A DNA stretch of 64,000 nt. Source: Bdellovibrionota bacterium (GTDB lineage: Bacteria; Bdellovibrionota_C; UBA2361; JBIKWN01). A program made the position numbers and the translations under genes. Positions within the stretch are counted from its first letter, which is position 1, and each line of letters starts with the position of its first letter. This document shows positions 59,628 to 64,000 of this stretch, piece by piece. The notes beneath the pieces were generated by a model that had not been told where the DNA came from, made no database searches, and saw only the letters and a program-made list of their open reading frames with translations. Location: NCBI GenBank assembly GCA_044356295.1, contig JBIKWN010000003.1:32001-96000 (forward strand), in the 5' to 3' direction.

Positions 59628-61175
59628 CTAAGCGTTACGGTCCTGAGTACCATTTTGCAACAGGAAGTTTTGTAGTCCAGAGAAAAGTTCTCTATCACTA
59701 ATCAGCCTAGGCACCTTGTGTTGCCCACCATACTTGCCACGTGACTTCATCCAAGAAACAAATGTTCCAGGCGGAACTAATCGAAGTTTTGGCGGATTAA
59801 GACCAAATCCTTTAGCTCTATGACCATCATAATCTTCATTAAGACTGCAAAGTTCTTGATCAATTGTATCTAAGAAAGCTTTTTGAGAAGCCTCTGAGTT
59901 AAGAAGTCCTTTAGAAAGTTCAACAATATAGAGATGTCCACCAAGGTCACCTGGCTTCTCGGGATAGAGTGCACCAACTGAGTATTCATTGATACTCACA
60001 TCAGTTTTTTGGCAAGCAAGCTGAAGTGCTTTTTCAATCTCTTCAGCAATTAAATGCTCACCAAAAGCCGAAAGAGAATAAGAAGTGCGCCCTGTTATCA
60101 GTAAACGTGGGTTCCTAACATCAACAAATTTTACGGTATCACCAAGAACATAACTCCAAAGTCCGGAACAAGAAGAAAGTACAATTGCATAGTTAATATC
60201 TGGTTCAATAGTTTTTACCCAATGGCGCGTTGGGCGATCGCTTGCTAGCTCGGATAGTGGGACAAACTCAAAGAAAATATCATTATCTGTATTTAATCGA
60301 AGCCCCTCACCAAAACCTCTATCAGCGCTTGCTATAAATCCTTCACTTGCAGGATATACTTCTCGAAGATCTATTGTAGTACTACCTATAATATCAAGAA
60401 ATGTTTGTCGGTAAGGAGTAAAGTTCACTCCACCGTGAACGAGAAGCTCAAGATTGGGATATACTTCTTTTAAAGTTTTTTTACCGGTAATTGAAAATAG
60501 TTTTTCAAAAAAAATAAGAAGCCAACTCGGAACTCCACTGATCATCCGTATATCTGTTTTCAATGACGCATTGGCAAGAATTTCAATTTTCTCTTCCCAG
60601 TTTTTTAAAAGAGCTAACTCCTTAGGGGGGAAATATCTTTTTTCAATATACCAAGGCAGAGTCTTCACTGCGATCCCACTTAAGTCTCCCGCAAAAATAC
60701 CTTGCGATACTTCATTGAGCTCGGTGCTGCCACCAAGCATAAAATTCATTCCTCCAAAAAGTGCCGATGAAGATGAACGAAGAACATGAAAAGAAAGCAT
60801 ATCAAGCCCTGCTTTCGTATTGGAACGAATCATTTCATGAGTAATAGGAATGTATTTTGTAGTACCTGAAGTAGTGCCAGAAGAAAGAGCAAAAAACGGC
60901 ACAGTTCCAGGCCACGTAACATCTTTTAAGACAGGATACGCATTCTTCCAGTATTCATTCCAAAAAGATTCATAGTTCCTAAGCGGAACAGCGCTTTGAA
61001 ATGTTTCAACATTTCGAATTTTTGTAAAACTATGATCTCTTCCAAATTTTGTTTCTTGAGCTTTTCGTAGAAGTCGATCAAGAACTTTTGCCTGCGTAGT
61101 CGCAGGATCCATTCTGGAAAAAAAAGAGCCTCTGTATGAGGCATACATGTTGAGTACAGGCGTAAGATTTAACAA
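59628..61175 (-). CDS. GH3 family acyl-acid amido synthetase-like protein
   Basis: FALSSGTTSGTTKYIP, GDLSG, YPASEGF, GLWSYVLGDTV, GGQHKVPRL. Confidence 0.93.
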   Translation of the reverse strand: MLNLTPVLNMYASYRGSFFSRMDPATTQAKVLDRLLRKAQETKFGRDHSFTKIRNVETFQSAVPLRNYESFWNEYWKNAYPVLKDVTWPGTVPFFALSSGTTSGTTKYIPITHEMIRSNTKAGLDMLSFHVLRSSSSALFGGMNFMLGGSTELNEVSQGIFAGDLSGIAVKTLPWYIEKRYFPPKELALLKNWEEKIEILANASLKTDIRMISGVPSWLLIFFEKLFSITGKKTLKEVYPNLELLVHGGVNFTPYRQTFLDIIGSTTIDLREVYPASEGFIASADRGFGEGLRLNTDNDIFFEFVPLSELASDRPTRHWVKTIEPDINYAIVLSSCSGLWSYVLGDTVKFVDVRNPRLLITGRTSYSLSAFGEHLIAEEIEKALQLACQKTDVSINEYSVGALYPEKPGDLGGHLYIVELSKGLLNSEASQKAFLDTIDQELCSLNEDYDGHRAKGFGLNPPKLRLVPPGTFVSWMKSRGKYGGQHKVPRLISDRELFSGLQNFLLQNGTQDRNA

Positions 61176-61195
61176 AGAATGAGTTCCTTGATGAA

Positions 61196-61483
61196 CTATG
61201 CAGCTGCACCAGTAAAGTTAAGAGCAACTGAAGTTTCAGAATTACCAACATAAAAGATAACAGTATCCCCTCTCCCTTGAACAATCCTAGTGCTTATCTT
61301 CATTAACTCATCTCTGTCTTCAGCATGATTTTTTACGATAGCTCTACGAGGGAAGATGGAGTCAGAAGGCCAATCAACATCCGACAATTCAACCCACTCA
61401 GAGGCATACATTTCTTTGATTTGGGACCACAAAAGCCGCTTTGAGAAAGGAAGAATTGATTTCATAATGGTCGAATATATCAT
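61196..61483 (-). CDS. Small hypothetical protein (DUF5678-like)
   Basis: IKEMYASEWV...IVKNHAEDRDEL...IFYVG pattern. Confidence 0.55.
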   Translation of the reverse strand: MIYSTIMKSILPFSKRLLWSQIKEMYASEWVELSDVDWPSDSIFPRRAIVKNHAEDRDELMKISTRIVQGRGDTVIFYVGNSETSVALNFTGAAA

Positions 61484-61546
61484 AATTTCTCGATTTAATT
61501 CATAATTTTTTTTAAGATAGCTAACTCCCCCTTTTTTTAACCATTT

Positions 61547-62854
61547 ATGAGCAAAATCAAGAATATTTCAGGGTTTCCTGAATGGCTTCCAGAAGAAAAA
61601 CTTCTTGAGGACAAAATAATTTCGACCATAAAACGGGTCTATGAAAGTTTTGGGTTTTCTCCGATCGAAACACCGGCGGTAGAGCTAAAAAGCACACTAT
61701 CTTCAAAAGGTGTTATAGATAAAGAGATCTATCTACTACGTCGAGCCCTCAAAGACCCTAATGAGCCTGATAGCGAAGAGCTTGCGCTACACTTTGATCT
61801 GACAGTTCCATTTGCACGCTACACTGCACAACACTTAAATGACTTAGTATTTCCTTTTAAACGGTACCAACTCCAAAAAGTTTGGCGCGGAGAGCGCCCA
61901 CAAAAAGGTCGATTCAGGGAATTTTATCAATTTGATATTGATACTGTTGCCCGTGATGTACTGCCGCTAGCAGCAGACGCAGAGATAATAAATGCAATTC
62001 ATACTGTGTTTAAAAAAATTGATATCGGAACTTTTCTTGTCCGAATCAATAATAGAAAGGTCTTACTTGGACTGTATCAATCTCTGAATCTTTCTTCAGA
62101 GCAACAGAAAGAAACAATCAGGATCGTTGATAAATTAGATAAAATTGGAGAAGACGGCATTAGAAAAGAATTATGCTCAATTCTTCCTAATAAAGAAGAA
62201 GCAATTGAAACAATTATTTCATATACAAAAGTAAGAGTTGCTCCGTCTGCTGTCCAAAGCTCTCTCGATACTTTTTCGTGCACTGACCCTTTATTTATCG
62301 AAGGGAGAAAGGAATTAGAAACACTCATTTCTCTTCTTCCCTCTGAGAATATAGAGTTCGATCTGAGCCTTGCCAGAGGGCTCGACTATTATACTGGTAC
62401 TATTTTTGAAGTGTCTCTTCCATCCCATCCCGAGTTCGGAACCGTCTCTTCGGGAGGTAGGTACGAAGACCTCGCAGGGCAGTTTACGAACCAAAAGCTT
62501 CCTGGTGTGGGTGGATCCGTTGGGCTTTCAAGGCTTATGGGGCTTATATTGGATAAAAACCTTATTACTAAAGGCCGGGCTTCTCCGACCGATATACTTA
62601 TTACGGTTTTTGATGAGTCACAAAGGGTTGAGCTTCAACAGATAGCCAGTATGCTTAGAGAAAGAAATTACTGTGTTGAAGTATATCCAGCCTCCCCAAA
62701 ACTTGGGAAACAGATAGAATATGCTGATAAGAAAGGGATACCTTTTGTTTTCTTTAAAAATAACGACTCAAACGAAATGCGTTTAAAGACTTTAGCTACC
62801 AAAGAAGAGAGAATTTTTTCTTCAGTTGAAGATTTCCTAAAAGCCTTTCCATAA
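61547..62854 (+). CDS. hisS: Histidine--tRNA ligase
   Basis: GFPEWLP, FDLTVPFARY, WRGERPQKGRFREFYQFDID, LARGLDYYTG, GGRYEDL, KQIEYADK. Confidence 0.98.
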   Translation: MSKIKNISGFPEWLPEEKLLEDKIISTIKRVYESFGFSPIETPAVELKSTLSSKGVIDKEIYLLRRALKDPNEPDSEELALHFDLTVPFARYTAQHLNDLVFPFKRYQLQKVWRGERPQKGRFREFYQFDIDTVARDVLPLAADAEIINAIHTVFKKIDIGTFLVRINNRKVLLGLYQSLNLSSEQQKETIRIVDKLDKIGEDGIRKELCSILPNKEEAIETIISYTKVRVAPSAVQSSLDTFSCTDPLFIEGRKELETLISLLPSENIEFDLSLARGLDYYTGTIFEVSLPSHPEFGTVSSGGRYEDLAGQFTNQKLPGVGGSVGLSRLMGLILDKNLITKGRASPTDILITVFDESQRVELQQIASMLRERNYCVEVYPASPKLGKQIEYADKKGIPFVFFKNNDSNEMRLKTLATKEERIFSSVEDFLKAFP

Positions 62855-62881
62855 AAAAACAGCATTAGATATTTACAAATT

Positions 62882-64000
62882 ATGGTAAACGCAGACGAGA
62901 GTACGACAGGAAAGTCCTTCAGGGAGCTGACACGCGCTGCATGGGAAGCTACGGTAACTGAACGATTTCGACTCTTTTTATTTATTATCCTTTTTATTAT
63001 TGCTTACTCCATAGATCTTTTAGTGCCGTGGGCAATTGGATACACCATAGCTGCGCTTGTTAAGGAAGGATTCACCGATGCAGCCTATCAACAAGCGATG
63101 CTTGGACTTGCTGTATATACAGGACTACGCTTACTACATACTTTTTTTCACCATATGGGTCGGTATATACAAAATACCGTTGCTTATACTGCTCGTATGA
63201 CAACCCTTACAAAGCTGTTTGATACGTTAATGGTATTTCCACTTAATTGGCATGTTCGCCATCACTCCGGTGAATCAATAAGTAAAATTCACCGCTCTAC
63301 TGGTGCTGTTGATCAAACAATTGGAACCTATATCTGGCAGATTATTGAAGGCACCGTAAAAGTTCTGTTTGCAAGTGTTGCAATCTTTTACCTCGATTTC
63401 TGGGTAGCTATTAACGTTATGGTCATGGCGTTTCTTACTATCTTTTTTATGATCTTCTTTAATAAACGGCTTGTTAGTCGTATACGGAGAAACAATTGGT
63501 TTTACGATAAAATTAACCGAATCTGCGTAGATTATCTTTCTAATATTGTCACGGTAAAAACACTAAATCTTGAGCAAGCAGCAGGTGATTACCTCAAAAA
63601 ACATCGTGATGATGGATTACAATTAAGCCAAAAAATTTCAAAATATAGCGAGTTAAAATGGGGCTCAACAGGTGTTGGGTATGCAATTGTTATAACAAGC
63701 TCTCTCTATATTTACTTTCAACATCACCGAGCAATTGGTGCTGCGTTTGATGTTCAGGCTCTGTATGTACTGCTGAATTATTTAGACAGAATCTATCAAG
63801 CGATTGGATCGTTTACTGGTTACTATAGTGGTCTTGTTGAAGCATCAACTGCTTATGAAGACGCCTCTTCAATCATTGCGCAAGCAGAAGCTCTCAAAAA
63901 ATCAAAAACTGATTCAAATTTCCGCGGTGACTGGAACTCGATACAGATTCATTCACTAAGTTTTAAATACGGAAAAGAAGATAAAACTGTTCTTCGTTCA
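62882..64000 (+). CDS. ABC exporter, fused TMD-ATPase type (partial, runs off window end)
   Basis: Manually translated from ATG 62882: TM helices, FPLNWHVRHHSGE, DYLSNIVTVK, ending IQIHSLSFKYG..VL at the start of the NBD. Confidence 0.85.
   Translation, partial: MVNADESTTGKSFRELTRAAWEATVTERFRLFLFIILFIIAYSIDLLVPWAIGYTIAALVKEGFTDAAYQQAMLGLAVYTGLRLLHTFFHHMGRYIQNTVAYTARMTTLTKLFDTLMVFPLNWHVRHHSGESISKIHRSTGAVDQTIGTYIWQIIEGTVKVLFASVAIFYLDFWVAINVMVMAFLTIFFMIFFNKRLVSRIRRNNWFYDKINRICVDYLSNIVTVKTLNLEQAAGDYLKKHRDDGLQLSQKISKYSELKWGSTGVGYAIVITSSLYIYFQHHRAIGAAFDVQALYVLLNYLDRIYQAIGSFTGYYSGLVEASTAYEDASSIIAQAEALKKSKTDSNFRGDWNSIQIHSLSFKYGKEDKTVLRS

Noticed and set aside
62370..62600. GC-richer patch in the 3' half of hisS suggesting recombination
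   Set aside because: It coincides with Gly-rich motif 3 and is too short to distinguish from noise without statistics.

Overview
AT-rich chromosomal window (roughly 35-40% GC by eye) from a Gram-negative, LPS-producing, probably flagellated bacterium. The gene order (kdsB-pyrG-kdsA-lptC-lptA; rpoN-hpf-rapZ-metK) resembles deltaproteobacterial/Bdellovibrionota-type genomes, which is an inference from synteny only. Most content is housekeeping: Kdo/LPS synthesis and transport, pcnB, sigma-54, metK, sufBCD with an Rrf2 regulator and a rhodanese-SufE pair, thiN, anmK, trmB, pdxST, a Cu-type P1B ATPase, kdsD, a flagellin, minor pilins, an AmpD-like amidase, a 2836-aa cyclic beta-1,2-glucan synthase, a GH3 protein and hisS. 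A small accessory patch carries a HAS-less solo HerA, ParDE and a ParD remnant. No rRNA, tRNA, CRISPR array, integrase or transposase was seen. The best novel candidate is a 116-aa protein (44648-44998) made of only the flagellin C-terminal region. It has its own near-perfect sigma-28 promoter, a CsrA-type GGA hairpin in its leader, and the Asn equivalent to the FliW-binding N255 of B. subtilis Hag, which the adjacent full flagellin lacks. This suggests a decoy or sensor for a FliW-CsrA (or FliS) switch. Other candidates are a catalytically dead UvrA-derived protein, a structured ~225-nt metK leader, a GT51 transglycosylase fused to an extensin-like/LAS peptidase domain, and recurring IHF-like intergenic sites. 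All protein assignments come from motif recognition by eye; no database searches were run.
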